From the NCBI GenBank assembly GCA_963845595.1, contig CAWJSU010000003.1, positions 353,045 to 417,044 on the forward strand: a stretch of DNA of 64,000 nucleotides, given 5' to 3'. This document shows positions 43,875 through 55,039 of this stretch, piece after piece. A program made the position numbers and the translations under genes. The notes beneath the pieces are model-generated. The model had not been told where the DNA came from. It saw only the letters and a program-made list of their open reading frames with translations, and ran no database searches. The DNA comes from an uncultured Actinomycetota bacterium. Its GTDB lineage: Bacteria; Actinomycetota; Actinomycetes; Mycobacteriales; Mycobacteriaceae. The stretch's first letter is position 1, and the number at the start of each line of letters is the position of its first letter.

Positions 43875-45494
43875 TCAATCGTCACGGCGACGACGCCGGC
43901 CACCTCCGGTCGGCTGGGACCCCAGCCGCGCCATCAGCTCGGCGACCGACTGACCAGCGGACTGCGGGGCCAGTCCATCGGACTCCCCGGACCCTCCCAA
44001 TTCTTCGCGCCCCTCCGGCAAGGGGTCCGCGCTGCGGTGGCGGGGCGCCGGGCCAGGCGGGGCAGGTGGTGGCGGTGCCAGCCGTGGTGGCGGCGGTGCC
44101 AGCCGTGGCGCCGGCTGTGGCGGTGGCGGTGCGGCGGGTGGTGCGGGTTCTGCCGGCTGTGGTGACCGGGTCGCTGCCGCCGGCGGCTCGCGTCTGTCGG
44201 TAAAGCTGCTGACGCTGAAGTCGCGGTACTCCGCCGAATGGCGCGACCGAGCCCGGCGACCGGACTCGGCGTATGGCTCGGCCTCGGCTGGGATGGGCGG
44301 GGCTTCGCCGGGTTCGTCCGGGGTGTAATGCCGGGCGCGCCGCCGCCGGCCCGACGGCGCGACGGTCGGTGTGCTGGGGGTGTCGACGCCGGCCCAGTGG
44401 CTACCCGGGGTGCCGGGCGGCAACCACTGTCCGTCGGCGGCGATTGGCTGCCGATCCTGCATCTGTGGTTGCAGTTGCGGTTCGGGCTCCGGTGCCGGCG
44501 GGGGTGGCGGCGCGGGCTGCACCAGGGGCACCGACTGCGGTAATGGCCCGGACGGCGGCAACGGCCCCGAAGGCGCCGGCGGCGGCCCAGACGGCGGTAA
44601 CGGCCCAGGCGGCGCCGGCGGCGGCCCAGACGGCGGTAGTGGCCCAGACGGCGGCGGCCCAGACGGCGGTAGTGGCCCAGACGGCGGTAGTGGCCCAGAC
44701 GGTGCCGGCGGTACGGATACGGGCGGTGGTGGCGGGCGGTGGCGGGGCTCGAATCGCGGCTCAGGCTCCGGTGAGTGGATCACCGGCGTGGCCTCAGGTG
44801 GGACGTCATAACGCAGCCGGACCCGCTCCCGCGGCGGAGTCGGCGGCCGGGGCGGCAACAGCGGTTCCTCGGGCACGTCGATGATCGAAGCCTCGTCCGG
44901 GCGGCCGGCGCTGCGGCTGAGCGGGCTGTCCGGGCGAACCGAGGTGACCCGGTCGCTGGACACCCAGTCGACGGGTGTGCCCTCGCCATTGAATTCCCAG
45001 TCGTTGTAGGCCCGGATCGCGGTCGGCTCCGGCTCCAGCGTCTCCAGGGCGGGGCGGTTCTCCAGGTTTGTGTCGAACAGGATCTCCAGCCTGGTTCGCA
45101 GCGCGGTCAACTCGGCCCGCAGCGCCGCCACGTCGTCGGCGGCCTGAGCACGCAGCTCGGAGGCCAGCTCGCGACGCAGCTGGGACTCCACCGTTAGCTC
45201 GTACTCGCGACGAGCCGAGATTTCCCGATCCAGCTGAAGGTCATAGACCAGCTTCAGGTCACGCTCCCGCGATTGGTCCGCGTCGCTTTTCCGGCGGTAG
45301 AGCACCGACACGAATGCACCGGCGACCGCGGCCCACAGCGCCAGGAGTACAGCTAGCCTGAGAAGTTCCACGCGATTGGTGAAAATCAATGCGGAACTGG
45401 CCCCCATCGCGAGGACCAGCAACACCGTCAAGAGCGCCCAACCCGGCCTGCGTCCGCCGCGCCGGACCCGGGCGCCGCGGGACAGAACGGTCAT
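43875..45494 (-). CDS. Proline-rich membrane protein (Rv3604c orthologue)
   Basis: MTVLSRGARVRRGGRR, two TM helices, YDLQLDREISARREYE, C-terminal SVAELMARL..GGRRRRRD. Confidence 0.88.
   Translation of the reverse strand: MTVLSRGARVRRGGRRPGWALLTVLLVLAMGASSALIFTNRVELLRLAVLLALWAAVAGAFVSVLYRRKSDADQSRERDLKLVYDLQLDREISARREYELTVESQLRRELASELRAQAADDVAALRAELTALRTRLEILFDTNLENRPALETLEPEPTAIRAYNDWEFNGEGTPVDWVSSDRVTSVRPDSPLSRSAGRPDEASIIDVPEEPLLPPRPPTPPRERVRLRYDVPPEATPVIHSPEPEPRFEPRHRPPPPPVSVPPAPSGPLPPSGPLPPSGPPPSGPLPPSGPPPAPPGPLPPSGPPPAPSGPLPPSGPLPQSVPLVQPAPPPPPAPEPEPQLQPQMQDRQPIAADGQWLPPGTPGSHWAGVDTPSTPTVAPSGRRRRARHYTPDEPGEAPPIPAEAEPYAESGRRARSRHSAEYRDFSVSSFTDRREPPAAATRSPQPAEPAPPAAPPPPQPAPRLAPPPPRLAPPPPAPPGPAPRHRSADPLPEGREELGGSGESDGLAPQSAGQSVAELMARLGSQPTGGGRRRRRDD
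44540..44705 (-). repeat. Imperfect 15/18-bp coding tandem repeats encoding PSGP(L)P units
   Basis: Repeated GGCCCAGACGGCGG(TAGT) on the plus strand. Confidence 0.85.
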
Positions 45495-45579
45495 GGCCTG
45501 AGAGTACCTGGGCGAGGTCAATCCGCGTGTCGCGCGACTCCGGCGATTCTCACCTGGGCTAATCGGGGGAATATCGGGG

Positions 45580-46056
45580 CTAGTTTTCTGCACCCTCACC
45601 GTGATCGGCCGGGTCCTGCGGAGACTTGCAGCAATGTTGAAGCCACAACGCGGCAACCACCAGAGCCAGCGCGCTGACGGCCGCCACCACCGAGCCGGAG
45701 GTGTCGTCGGCCGCAACGCGCAACCACGACCGCCGGGGCAGTAAGTACACCAGCACTCCGACCCACCAACCCAGCACCATCGCGCCCATCCAGGCCGATG
45801 CCTTGGCGACCATCACGCTGCGGGCCACCGAAAGCGGGTGCAGCCAACCGGGCCCGTCACCGATCTCGCCATCGGCGATCTTGGTCCGCACGTAGCGGGC
45901 CCACAGCGCCTCGGCGACGGCGACCGCGAGCAGCGACACGCCGGTCCACACGGTGATGGGTGGAAACCACCGGTACAGCAGCATCACCAGCAGATAGGCC
46001 ACCACCGCAGCGCCGACCACCGCGGCCGTCAGCTCACGTTTACGGGTCGGTCCCAT
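45580..46056 (-). CDS. DUF3180 membrane protein (Rv3605c orthologue)
   Basis: [25 protein letters not shown]. Confidence 0.9.
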   Translation of the reverse strand: MGPTRKRELTAAVVGAAVVAYLLVMLLYRWFPPITVWTGVSLLAVAVAEALWARYVRTKIADGEIGDGPGWLHPLSVARSVMVAKASAWMGAMVLGWWVGVLVYLLPRRSWLRVAADDTSGSVVAAVSALALVVAALWLQHCCKSPQDPADHGEGAEN

Positions 46057-46610
46057 CAGCCGTCCGATTTCGGCTGGAGCGGCGGGTTGAGCGCCAGGTC
46101 CGACAACCGGACACCGTCCCGGTCGGCCGGGTCAACCTCGGTCAGCAGCTGGGCGACGGGTCGCCGCCCCACGGGGACGGTCAGCATCGCGTCCGGGTCG
46201 ACCGCCAGCCACGGGATCATGACGAAAGCCCGAAGATGCGCCAGCGGGTGCGGCAGCGTCAGGTTGTTCTCCCGGGAGATCACCTCGGTTTCACCGACCG
46301 GGCCAGCGTGGTAGCAGGTGATCAGGTCGACATCGAGAGTGCGCGGGCCCCAACGCTCACCCCGAATTCGGCCCGCCATCTCCTCGAACTCCTGGGCCCG
46401 GCGCAGCCAGGCCTGCGCGTCGCGGGCCGGATCGTCGGCGATCAGGATCGCGTTCAGGAACGGCCCCTGCTCAACGCGGCCCCAGGCGAGGGTCTCGTAC
46501 ACCGGCGAGATCGCAACCACCGCCTCACCCAGGCCGTCGACGACGGACTGCAGCCGCGCCAAACGGTCTCCCAGATTCGAGCCGATGGATAGCACAACGC
46601 GCGTCATCAC
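46056..46610 (-). CDS. folK: 2-amino-4-hydroxy-6-hydroxymethyldihydropteridine pyrophosphokinase
   Basis: [28 protein letters not shown]. Confidence 0.97.
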   Translation of the reverse strand: MMTRVVLSIGSNLGDRLARLQSVVDGLGEAVVAISPVYETLAWGRVEQGPFLNAILIADDPARDAQAWLRRAQEFEEMAGRIRGERWGPRTLDVDLITCYHAGPVGETEVISRENNLTLPHPLAHLRAFVMIPWLAVDPDAMLTVPVGRRPVAQLLTEVDPADRDGVRLSDLALNPPLQPKSDG

Positions 46611-47005
46611 ACCCCGCTCGCGGGGATCACCGAACCGCGACCACCGCGCCGCGACCGCCGGATCACCACCGCAACATCGGCGAACTTCTGCGGGATCGGA
46701 GCCTGCGGCTTGTGCACGACCACCTCGACGGCATGCACGCGTTCGTCGCCCATCACGAAGTCGGCAATCTCGCCCCCGACCGTTTCGATCAGGTTCCGTG
46801 GGGGTCCGGAGACGATCTCGGTAGCCCGCTGGGCCAGCGCGCCGTAGTCGAAGGTGTCAGCCAGGTCGTCGCTCGCGGCGGCGTCCGCCAGGTCGATCCA
46901 CAGGGTGATATCGATCACGAAGTCCTGCCCATTGACGCGTTCGTGCCCGAAAACTCCGTGCCGGCCACGGACCGTCAAGCCGCGCAACTCGATTCGATCA
47001 GCCAT
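46607..47005 (-). CDS. folB: Dihydroneopterin aldolase
   Basis: GRHGV, Q.FVID, DY, LIE, HKPQAP. Confidence 0.97.
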   Translation of the reverse strand: MADRIELRGLTVRGRHGVFGHERVNGQDFVIDITLWIDLADAAASDDLADTFDYGALAQRATEIVSGPPRNLIETVGGEIADFVMGDERVHAVEVVVHKPQAPIPQKFADVAVVIRRSRRGGRGSVIPASGV

Positions 47006-47822
47006 CGCCCGCCGTCTCGGTCTGCAGCCAAGCTCCGACGACCTTGAGGGCGTCCACCGACGCCCGCACGTCGTGCACCCGCACGCCCCAAGCCCCGTAC
47101 AGGGCGGCCAGTGCGGAAATCACCGCTGTTGCCGTCTCGCGCCCGTCCGGCGGTCGTGGCGACCCGTCGGGCCCGGCCAGCAACGTACCGAGGAACCGCT
47201 TGCGCGAGGCGCCAAGTAGCACCGGAATGCCGGTTGCCACCAGCTCCGGCAACCCATGCAACAGCGCCCAATTGTGTTGTCCCGTCTTGGCGAATCCGAG
47301 GCCGGGGTCGATCACCAGGTTTGCCGGATCGACGCCGGCGGCCACCGCGTCGTCGACGCTGGCGAGCAACTCGGCGCGCACTTCGGCCACCACGTCGTGG
47401 TAGTGCGGGGCCTGATGCGGGCGTTGCGCCGATACCGATCGCCAGTGCATCAATACCCACCGCACGCCGGCCTCGGCCAGCAGCGGAGCCATCGCGGGAT
47501 CGGCTCGCCCGCCGGACACGTCGTTGACGATCCGCGCGCCGCTGTCCAGCGCGGCCCGCGCGACGTCGGCATGCATGGTGTCGATGCTGACGGTAATACC
47601 TTGTGCGGCAAGTCCTTTGACGACAGGCAGCACACGAGCCGCCTCGACCCGAGGGTCGATCCGAACCGCCCCGGGGCGCGTCGACTCGCCACCGACGTCA
47701 ACAATGCCGGCACCCGCTGCGGCCAACGCCAGACCGTGCTCGACGGCGCCGTCAGCATCGAGATAACGCCCACCGTCCGAGAACGAGTCGTCGGTGACGT
47801 TCACCACCCCCATAACCTGCAC
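46998..47822 (-). CDS. folP: Dihydropteroate synthase
   Basis: [43 protein letters not shown]. Confidence 0.97.
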   Translation of the reverse strand: MQVMGVVNVTDDSFSDGGRYLDADGAVEHGLALAAAGAGIVDVGGESTRPGAVRIDPRVEAARVLPVVKGLAAQGITVSIDTMHADVARAALDSGARIVNDVSGGRADPAMAPLLAEAGVRWVLMHWRSVSAQRPHQAPHYHDVVAEVRAELLASVDDAVAAGVDPANLVIDPGLGFAKTGQHNWALLHGLPELVATGIPVLLGASRKRFLGTLLAGPDGSPRPPDGRETATAVISALAALYGAWGVRVHDVRASVDALKVVGAWLQTETAGDG

Positions 47823-47834
47823 GGGTGCGCCGAA

Positions 47835-48455
47835 TCACTTACGGAGGATGAGGTCGAGCGCCTCGGCTCGAGAAGCGGCATCGGTCTTGAACTGACCACG
47901 CACCGCGGACGTCGTCGTGACGGCGCCGGGCTTGCGGACACCGCGCATGGCCATACACAGGTGCTCGGCCTCGACGACCACGATCACCCCGCTCGGGTTG
48001 AGTTTGTTCACCAGGGCGTCGGCGATCTGGCTGGTGAGCCGCTCCTGCACCTGCGGCCGCTTGGCGTAGAGGTCGACCAACCGGGCGATCTTCGAGAGGC
48101 CGGTTATCCTGCCGTCCTTGCCCGGAATGTAGCCGACATGGGCCACACCGTGGAACGACACCAGATGGTGCTCGCACGTGGAGTACAGCGGGATTTCCTT
48201 GACGATCACCAGCTCGTTGTGCTCTTCGTCGAACATGGCGTTCAGCACCGAGTCGGGGTCGGTGTAGAGCCCGGCGAACATCTCGCGGTAGGCGCGCGCG
48301 ACGCGGGCCGGGGTGTCCTGCAAGCCGTCCCGCTCCGGGTCCTCGCCGATCGCGAACAACAGCTCGCGGATCGCGGCCTCGGCACGTTGCTGGTCGAACA
48401 CCCCTATGCGTGGCATCGCGTTCCGGCTATCCGGCCCCAAATCCGGTAAGGCCAT
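47835..48455 (-). CDS. folE: GTP cyclohydrolase I
   Basis: TPARVA, CEHH, GLSK, QVQERLT, HLCM..RG. Confidence 0.97.
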   Translation of the reverse strand: MALPDLGPDSRNAMPRIGVFDQQRAEAAIRELLFAIGEDPERDGLQDTPARVARAYREMFAGLYTDPDSVLNAMFDEEHNELVIVKEIPLYSTCEHHLVSFHGVAHVGYIPGKDGRITGLSKIARLVDLYAKRPQVQERLTSQIADALVNKLNPSGVIVVVEAEHLCMAMRGVRKPGAVTTTSAVRGQFKTDAASRAEALDLILRK

Positions 48456-48471
48456 CGAATCCCTCCGTTCG

Positions 48472-50736
48472 TCAGCCGTGCGGGTTGGACCGGCTCACGT
48501 CCTCGTCCGGCTGGTCCGGGGACTTGCCGGCATCGGGGGTGGATTGACCAGGCGGCGGGTAGGGCGGGTAAGGGGGATACGGGGCCGGCTGGGGCGCCGA
48601 GTGAGGCCAATAGGACGCCTGCGGCGGCCACCCGGGCGCATGCCAGCCGGCCGGCGCACCGTAGTCGGGCTGGGTGGGACCGTGAGAACCGTTGGCGCCC
48701 TGGCCCGTTCCGTCGGGCCCCTGCCCGGCCTGGGCTGCCTGCGCCTCGGCGGCCTCGCTGGCGCGCGCGATGGCCGCCTTGAACGCCGGCTCGGGCACGG
48801 GCTGCGGCCAGGGCTCGCCGCGTTCGATGGCCAGCTCGCCGGGGGTCTTGATCGGCGGCTTGTCCGACGGGATGCGGCCACCGAAATCGTCGAACAGGGT
48901 GAGCCGAGGCCGCTTTTCCACGTCGGCGAAGATCCCCTCCAACTCGGGCCGGTGCAGCGTTTCCTTTTCCAGCAGCTCGCCGGCCAGGGTGTCCAGCACG
49001 TCGCGATAGTCGGTGAGAATCTCCCACGCTTCGGTGTGCGCCGCCTCGATAAGCTTGCGGACCTCGTCGTCGATGTCGCGGGCCACCTCGTGGGAGTAGT
49101 CGGACTGCGTGCCCATCGAGCGGCCCAGGAACGGGTCGCCATGTTCGGTGCCGTACTTGACCGCGCCAAGCTTGGAACTCATGCCGTACTCGGTGACCAT
49201 CGCGCGGGCGATCTTGGTCGCCTGGTCGATGTCTGACACCGCGCCGGTGGTCGGCTCGCGAAACACCAGTTCCTCGGCGGCGCGGCCACCCATCGCAAAG
49301 ACCAGCTGGGCGATCATCTCCGAGCGGGTCCGTAGGCCTTTGTCTTCCTCGGGTACCGCGACCGCGTGTCCGCCGGTGCGTCCGCGGGCCAGGATCGTCA
49401 CCTTGTAGACCGGGTCGATGTCCGGCATCGCCCAGGCTGCCAGGGTGTGCCCACCCTCGTGGTAGGCGGTGATCTTCTTCTCCTGCTCGCTGATCACCCG
49501 GCCCTTGCGGCGGGGCCCGCCGATCACCCGGTCCACCGCCTCCTCCAGCGCGGGGCCGGTGATCACGGTGCCGTTCTCGCGGGCGGTCAGCAGCGCCGCC
49601 TCGTTGATGACGTTGGCCAGATCGGCGCCGGTCATGCCGACGGTTCGCTTGGCCAGGCCGTCCAGGTCGGCGTCCGGGGCGATCGGCTTGCCCTTGGAAT
49701 GCACCCGCAGCACCGCGCGGCGACCCGCCAGGTCGGGATTGGAGACCGGGATCTGCCGGTCGAAACGGCCCGGCCTCAGCAGCGCGGGGTCCAGGATGTC
49801 GGGCCGGTTGGTGGCCGCAATGAGAATCACGCCGGCGCGGTCGCCGAAACCGTCCATCTCGACCAGTAACTGGTTGAGCGTCTGCTCGCGCTCGTCGTGA
49901 CCGCCGCCGAGTCCGGCGCCGCGCTGACGGCCCACCGCGTCGATCTCGTCGACGAAAATGATGCACGGGCTGTTCTGCTTGGCCTGGTCGAACATATCGC
50001 GCACCCGGGAGGCGCCGACACCGACGAACATCTCGACGAAGTCGGAGCCGGAGATAGTGAAGAACGGAACGCCGGCTTCACCCGCGACCGCGCGGGCCAG
50101 CAGCGTCTTGCCGGTGCCCGGCGGCCCGTAGAGCAGCACGCCCTTGGGGATCTTGGCGCCCAGCGCCTGGTACCGGGACGGGTTCTGCAGGAAGTCCTTG
50201 ATCTCGTAGAGCTCCTCGACCGCCTCGTCGACGCCCGCGACGTCGGCGAACGTGGTCTTGGGCATGTCTTTGGAGAGCTGCTTGGCGCGCGATTTGCCGA
50301 ATCCGAAGCCCATTCGGGCGCCGCCCTGCATGCGGGAGAACATCACGAACAGGCCCACCAGCAACAGCAGCGGCAGCGCATAGACGAGCAGCTCGCCCAG
50401 GAGGCTGCCTTCGTTGACGACGGTGCTGACCTTTGCGTTCTTAGCGGTGAGCGCGTTGAAAAGGTCTACGGCGTACCCGGACGGGTATTTGGTGATGACT
50501 TTGTCGGAATTCTCGGTGTCGCTGTTGGCCTTCTTGAGGGTCAATCGCAGCTGCTGCTCGCGATCGTCGATTTGCGCGCTCTTGACGTTGTCGCTGTTGA
50601 TCTGCGCCATCGCCACCGAGGTGTCGACGGGCTTATAACCGCGGGTGTCGTCACTGAAATAGAAGAACGACCAGCCCAGCAGCACCACCACTGCGACCGC
50701 GGTGATGGTGCGGATCACGTTTTTCCGGTTCATCAA
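48472..50736 (-). CDS. ftsH: ATP-dependent zinc metalloprotease FtsH
   Basis: Two TM helices, [24 protein letters not shown]. Confidence 0.98.
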   Translation of the reverse strand: MMNRKNVIRTITAVAVVVLLGWSFFYFSDDTRGYKPVDTSVAMAQINSDNVKSAQIDDREQQLRLTLKKANSDTENSDKVITKYPSGYAVDLFNALTAKNAKVSTVVNEGSLLGELLVYALPLLLLVGLFVMFSRMQGGARMGFGFGKSRAKQLSKDMPKTTFADVAGVDEAVEELYEIKDFLQNPSRYQALGAKIPKGVLLYGPPGTGKTLLARAVAGEAGVPFFTISGSDFVEMFVGVGASRVRDMFDQAKQNSPCIIFVDEIDAVGRQRGAGLGGGHDEREQTLNQLLVEMDGFGDRAGVILIAATNRPDILDPALLRPGRFDRQIPVSNPDLAGRRAVLRVHSKGKPIAPDADLDGLAKRTVGMTGADLANVINEAALLTARENGTVITGPALEEAVDRVIGGPRRKGRVISEQEKKITAYHEGGHTLAAWAMPDIDPVYKVTILARGRTGGHAVAVPEEDKGLRTRSEMIAQLVFAMGGRAAEELVFREPTTGAVSDIDQATKIARAMVTEYGMSSKLGAVKYGTEHGDPFLGRSMGTQSDYSHEVARDIDDEVRKLIEAAHTEAWEILTDYRDVLDTLAGELLEKETLHRPELEGIFADVEKRPRLTLFDDFGGRIPSDKPPIKTPGELAIERGEPWPQPVPEPAFKAAIARASEAAEAQAAQAGQGPDGTGQGANGSHGPTQPDYGAPAGWHAPGWPPQASYWPHSAPQPAPYPPYPPYPPPGQSTPDAGKSPDQPDEDVSRSNPHG

Positions 50737-50879
50737 TCATCGGCCGTTTCGGCCAGGTCCTTCCCCGATCACACGCCGCTGGAAAAGTCCAGGCTACCGC
50801 TATCACAACGATAGGCAGTTCCCGGAGCCTGACTGCTTGGGTTGCTGGCAGCGCTATACGGACCGTTGCCGCGTCCGCG

Positions 50880-51293
50880 TTACTCGTAGTAGCGGGCCTC
50901 GAGCACATTGCCGTCCGGATCGGCGAAGTAGTAGGTGTGCGGCGCCCACCCTTGGGCCCCAAAGCTATGGGTCATCCGCGTGCCGGTATCGACGCCCGCT
51001 GCCCGCAGCCGCCGATCCAACGCGTCGAATTCCGGCTTCGACAGCGCGAGACAGACGTGATTGACCGGATGGCCGGCGCTGCCTCCAGAGATTGCGGCCG
51101 ACCCAATACTGGCAGCCATCTCGGTTGGCATGAGGTCGATGATGGTGTCCTCACACACCCGCACGCTCGGGAACGGCGCCTCCCCGGCCTCGAACTCGGC
51201 AGACCGCACCGGGGTGAGCCCGACCACCGTCGAGTAGAATTCCAGCGCCGCCCGCGGATCCTTCGTCCAGAGCACAATGTGGTCTAACCGCAT
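50880..51293 (-). CDS. VOC/glyoxalase family protein
   Basis: LDHIVLW, FY..V.GL, NHVCL, YF.DPDGNVLE. Confidence 0.9.
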   Translation of the reverse strand: MRLDHIVLWTKDPRAALEFYSTVVGLTPVRSAEFEAGEAPFPSVRVCEDTIIDLMPTEMAASIGSAAISGGSAGHPVNHVCLALSKPEFDALDRRLRAAGVDTGTRMTHSFGAQGWAPHTYYFADPDGNVLEARYYE

Positions 51294-51355
51294 GGCCCCA
51301 ATATATGCGCGGGCCAGCCCTTCTCAGCCAGGTGCCGTTGTGATTTGGTGAGACG

Positions 51356-52324
51356 ATGCGTGTATCAACCGAACGGTTAGTGGACACCAATGGAGTCCGG
51401 CTACGGGTGACCGAGGCCGGAGAGCCAGGCGCACCCGTGGTGGTGCTGGCGCACGGCTTTCCCGAACTGGCCTACTCGTGGCGGCACCAGATTCCGGTCC
51501 TCGCCGAGGCCGGCTACCACGTGCTGGCTCCCGATCAGCGCGGCTACGGCGGCTCTTCCCGTCCGGAGGCGATCGAGGCCTACAACATTCACGAGTTGAC
51601 CGCCGACATCGTCGGCCTGCTCGACGACGTGGACGCCGAACGCGCCGTCTGGATCGGTCACGACTGGGGTGCCCCCGTGGTGTGGCACGCGCCACTGCTG
51701 CACCCCGACCGGGTCACGGCCGTCGCCGCGCTCAGCGTGCCGGCGCTGCCCCGCGCGCACGTGCCGCCGACCCAGGCGTTCCGCAAGATATTCGGCAAGA
51801 ACTTCTTCTACATCCTCTATTTCCAGGAGCCGGGCGTCGCCGACGCCGAACTGGGCGGCGACCCCGCCCGAACCATCCGCCGGATGATCGGTGGCCTACG
51901 CCCACCCAGCGACGCGAGCGCCGCGATGCGGATGGCGGCCCCCGGCCCGGAAGGATTCATCGATCGGCTTCCCGAACCCGACGGGCTGCCGGACTGGATC
52001 AGCCAGGACGAGCTCGACCACTACATCAGCGAGTTCTCCCGCACCGGATTCACCGGGGGCCTGAACTGGTATCGCAATTTCGACCGCAATTGGGAGACGA
52101 CCCCCCAACTCGACGGCGCCAAAATCTCGGTGCCGTGCCTGTTCATGGCCGGCACGGCCGATCCCGTGTTGTCATTCACCCGTCGAGACCGCACCGCGGA
52201 GATGATCACCGGCCCGTACCGCGAGGTGCTGATCGAAGGCGCGGGACACTGGCTGCAGCAGGAACGACCCGACGAAGTAAACGCGAATCTGTTGGAGTTC
52301 TTGAAAGGATTGGAGCTTCGATGA
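51356..52324 (+). CDS. ephA: Epoxide hydrolase EphA
   Basis: HGFPE, GHDWGA, LNWYRN, GHWLQQE; synteny with Rv3617. Confidence 0.93.
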   Translation: MRVSTERLVDTNGVRLRVTEAGEPGAPVVVLAHGFPELAYSWRHQIPVLAEAGYHVLAPDQRGYGGSSRPEAIEAYNIHELTADIVGLLDDVDAERAVWIGHDWGAPVVWHAPLLHPDRVTAVAALSVPALPRAHVPPTQAFRKIFGKNFFYILYFQEPGVADAELGGDPARTIRRMIGGLRPPSDASAAMRMAAPGPEGFIDRLPEPDGLPDWISQDELDHYISEFSRTGFTGGLNWYRNFDRNWETTPQLDGAKISVPCLFMAGTADPVLSFTRRDRTAEMITGPYREVLIEGAGHWLQQERPDEVNANLLEFLKGLELR

Positions 52325-53514
52325 GCGGCCCACTGCGTTTCGGAGTCTTTATCACGCCGTTTCATCCGACCGGCCAATCTCCAACGGTGGCACTGGAATA
52401 CGACATGGACCGGGTCGTCGCGCTAGATCGGCTGGGCTTCGACGAGGCGTGGTTCGGCGAACACCACTCCGGCGGCTACGAGCTGATCGCCTGCCCGGAA
52501 GTGTTCATCGCGGCCGCGGCCGAACGCACCAAACACCTGCGGTTGGGCACCGGAGTGGTCTCGCTGCCCTACCACCATCCGCTGATGGTGGCCGACCGCT
52601 GGGTGCTGCTGGACCACCTGACCCGCGGCCGCGTCATGTTCGGCACCGGTCCCGGCGCCCTGCCGTCGGACGCCTACATGATGGGTATCGACCCGGTCGA
52701 GCAACGGCGGATGATGCAGGAGTCCCTCGAAGCGATCCTCGCGCTGTTCCGCGCCGGACCCACCGAGCGCATCGACCGTCACTCCGACTGGTTCATCCTG
52801 CGCGAGGCGCAATTGCATATCCGCCCCTACACCTGGCCTTATCCGGAAATCGCCACGGCAGCAATGATTTCGCCGTCCGGGCCGCGGCTGGCCGGAGCTC
52901 TTGGCACCTCGCTGCTGTCGCTGTCGATGTCGGTGCCCGGCGGTTACGCGGCGCTGGAAAACACCTGGGAGGTGGTGTGCGAGCAGGCCGCCAAGGTCGG
53001 CCGCGACGAGCCGGATCGGGCCGACTGGCGGGTGTTGAGCATCATGCATATCGCCGACAGCCGCGATCAGGCGATCGACGACTGCACCTACGGGCTACAG
53101 GATTTCGCCAACTACTTCGGCGCGGCCGGTTTCGTTCCGCTGTCCAACACGGTCGACGGCGCGCAGTCGCCGCACGAGTTCGTCGAAGACTATGCGGCCA
53201 AAGGAAATTGCTGCATCGGAACGCCTGACGACGCGATCGCCCACATCGAAGACCTGCTGGAGCGTTCGGGTGGTTTCGGGACGCTGCTGCTGCTAGGCCA
53301 CGACTGGGCCTCGCCCAAGGCGACCTATCACTGCTATGACCTGTTCGCCCGCAAGGTGATTCCCTATTTCAAGGGACAGCTGGAGGCATCGCTGGCATCG
53401 CACGACTGGGCCAGAGGCAAGCGCGACCAACTGATCGGGCGCGCGGGTCAAGCCGTGATGAATGCGATCACCCAGCATGTCGAGGAGCACAAGATCGAAA
53501 GCGAGACGAGCTGA
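52321..53514 (+). CDS. Luciferase-like flavin monooxygenase (Rv3618 orthologue)
   Basis: MSGPLRFGVF, WFGEHH, LGTGVVSLPYHHP, GTPDD; ATG at 52321 (track start 51478 is over-extended). Confidence 0.92.
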   Translation: MSGPLRFGVFITPFHPTGQSPTVALEYDMDRVVALDRLGFDEAWFGEHHSGGYELIACPEVFIAAAAERTKHLRLGTGVVSLPYHHPLMVADRWVLLDHLTRGRVMFGTGPGALPSDAYMMGIDPVEQRRMMQESLEAILALFRAGPTERIDRHSDWFILREAQLHIRPYTWPYPEIATAAMISPSGPRLAGALGTSLLSLSMSVPGGYAALENTWEVVCEQAAKVGRDEPDRADWRVLSIMHIADSRDQAIDDCTYGLQDFANYFGAAGFVPLSNTVDGAQSPHEFVEDYAAKGNCCIGTPDDAIAHIEDLLERSGGFGTLLLLGHDWASPKATYHCYDLFARKVIPYFKGQLEASLASHDWARGKRDQLIGRAGQAVMNAITQHVEEHKIESETS

Positions 53515-54527
53515 TGCGCGCCGCGGTGCTGCGCGACGGGCGAATGGTCTACCGGGACGACACCCCCGACCCGGTACCCGGACCGGGCCAGGTCCTAGTC
53601 GGGGTGCGAGCCTGTGGAATCTGCGGCTCTGACCTGCATTTCGCCGCGCACGGGGCCCATGTGCTGGAAATGAGCGAAAGGGTTGCCGCCGGTAAAGGCG
53701 GCATGCAGGTCGATCTCGAACGGGATGTCTACATGGGTCACGAATTCAGCGCTGAGATACTCGAAGCGGGGCCCGACACCGAAACTCACCCGGCCGGGAC
53801 GCTGGTCACGTCCATCCCGGCGTTGTTGTCCGACAAGGGCGCCGAGCCAATCGTGTACAGCAACACCACCATCGGCGGGTACGCCGAGCGGATGCTGCTC
53901 TCGGCGCCGCTGCTGCTGCCCATCCCCAACGGCCTGGACCTCAAGCACGCCGCCCTGACCGAGCCCATAGCGGTGGGGTTGCACGCCGTGAACAAGTCCA
54001 ACATCGCACCCGGTGAGACCGCACTGGTGCTTGGTTGCGGTCCGATCGGCATGGCCATCATCGCCGGCCTTCGGGTGCGCGGAGTCGAAACCATTGTGGC
54101 GTCAGACTTTTCGCCGAAGCGGCGCGAACTGGCCACCGTGATGGGCGCACACCGGGTGCTGGATCCGGCGCAGGGGTCGCCGTTCGACTCGGTCAAGGCC
54201 GCCGCGGTTTTCGAAGCGGTGGGGGTGCCCGGAATCATCGACGACGTCCTATTGCGGGCACGTCCGGGTACCCGGTTGGTCGTCGCGGGGGTGTGCATGG
54301 AGTCCGACACCGTGCATCCGTTCTTCGCGATCGCCAAAGAGATCAACGTGCAATTCAGCCTCGCCTACACCCCGGAGGAATTCGCGGAGTCGCTGCGCGC
54401 GATCGCCGAGGGCGACATCGACGTCGCCCCGCTGATCACCGGAGAGGTGGGTCTGGACGGGGTCGGCGCGGCCTTCGACAACCTGGCCGACCCCGAGCGG
54501 CACTGCAAAATTCTCGTCACACCGTAG
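53514..54527 (+). CDS. Zinc-binding alcohol dehydrogenase family protein
   Basis: CGICGSDLH, GHEFSA, EP..VG.HAV, GCGPIG. Confidence 0.92.
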   Translation: MRAAVLRDGRMVYRDDTPDPVPGPGQVLVGVRACGICGSDLHFAAHGAHVLEMSERVAAGKGGMQVDLERDVYMGHEFSAEILEAGPDTETHPAGTLVTSIPALLSDKGAEPIVYSNTTIGGYAERMLLSAPLLLPIPNGLDLKHAALTEPIAVGLHAVNKSNIAPGETALVLGCGPIGMAIIAGLRVRGVETIVASDFSPKRRELATVMGAHRVLDPAQGSPFDSVKAAAVFEAVGVPGIIDDVLLRARPGTRLVVAGVCMESDTVHPFFAIAKEINVQFSLAYTPEEFAESLRAIAEGDIDVAPLITGEVGLDGVGAAFDNLADPERHCKILVTP

Positions 54528-54536
54528 AGCGCGCGG

Positions 54537-54884
54537 TTAGCCCCGGCCGGCGGGGCCCGCCAGAATCGGGTTGGCGGGCGCGGAGGGCGTCGGGTGGGCG
54601 GGCGCGGAGGGCGCCATCCCGTACCCAGCCCGCGTCACGTTGCCCGCCTCCCTGGCCGCATGAGACTTGCCGCTGGGGCGGCTGGGCCCCGAGGCATGGA
54701 CGAACTGCTGACCGGCGGGGCGGTGCCCCACCGTCACTGCCGACACGTGGTCCGCCGCTGGCGAGACCAGCCCAATGACCGGAAGCGCGGCGATCCCGCC
54801 GGCCGCGATTATGGCCGAGCCAATCACCTGCACCCGGCCCTTCGCCGTGGCCAGCCGCCCTGGCAGTGTGCTCACAAACGACAT
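54537..54884 (-). CDS. Small hypothetical exported/membrane protein (115 aa)
   Basis: ATG 54884 with strong AGAGGAG SD; basic N-terminus, hydrophobic helix, Pro/Ala-rich tail. Confidence 0.6.
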   Translation of the reverse strand: MSFVSTLPGRLATAKGRVQVIGSAIIAAGGIAALPVIGLVSPAADHVSAVTVGHRPAGQQFVHASGPSRPSGKSHAAREAGNVTRAGYGMAPSAPAHPTPSAPANPILAGPAGRG

Positions 54885-54924
54885 CGGGTTTCTCCTCTTG
54901 GCTCGTGGACGAACTCCGGACATC

Positions 54925-54990
54925 ATGTCATATATTATGAATAGCTGTCTAATCTGGATCGCAGAAGTCAGATTTCCTGTCGTAGAATCG
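54925..54990. promoter_or_regulatory. AT-rich divergent promoter/operator region
   Basis: TAGAAT at 54983-54988; near-palindrome TCATATATTATGA; inverted repeat AATCTG-N12-CAGATT at 54951-54974. Confidence 0.5.
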
Positions 54991-55039
54991 CAGTTCAGGA
55001 GTGTTTGACCGCTTTTCGTCACCGGGTTACGCTGGTCGG

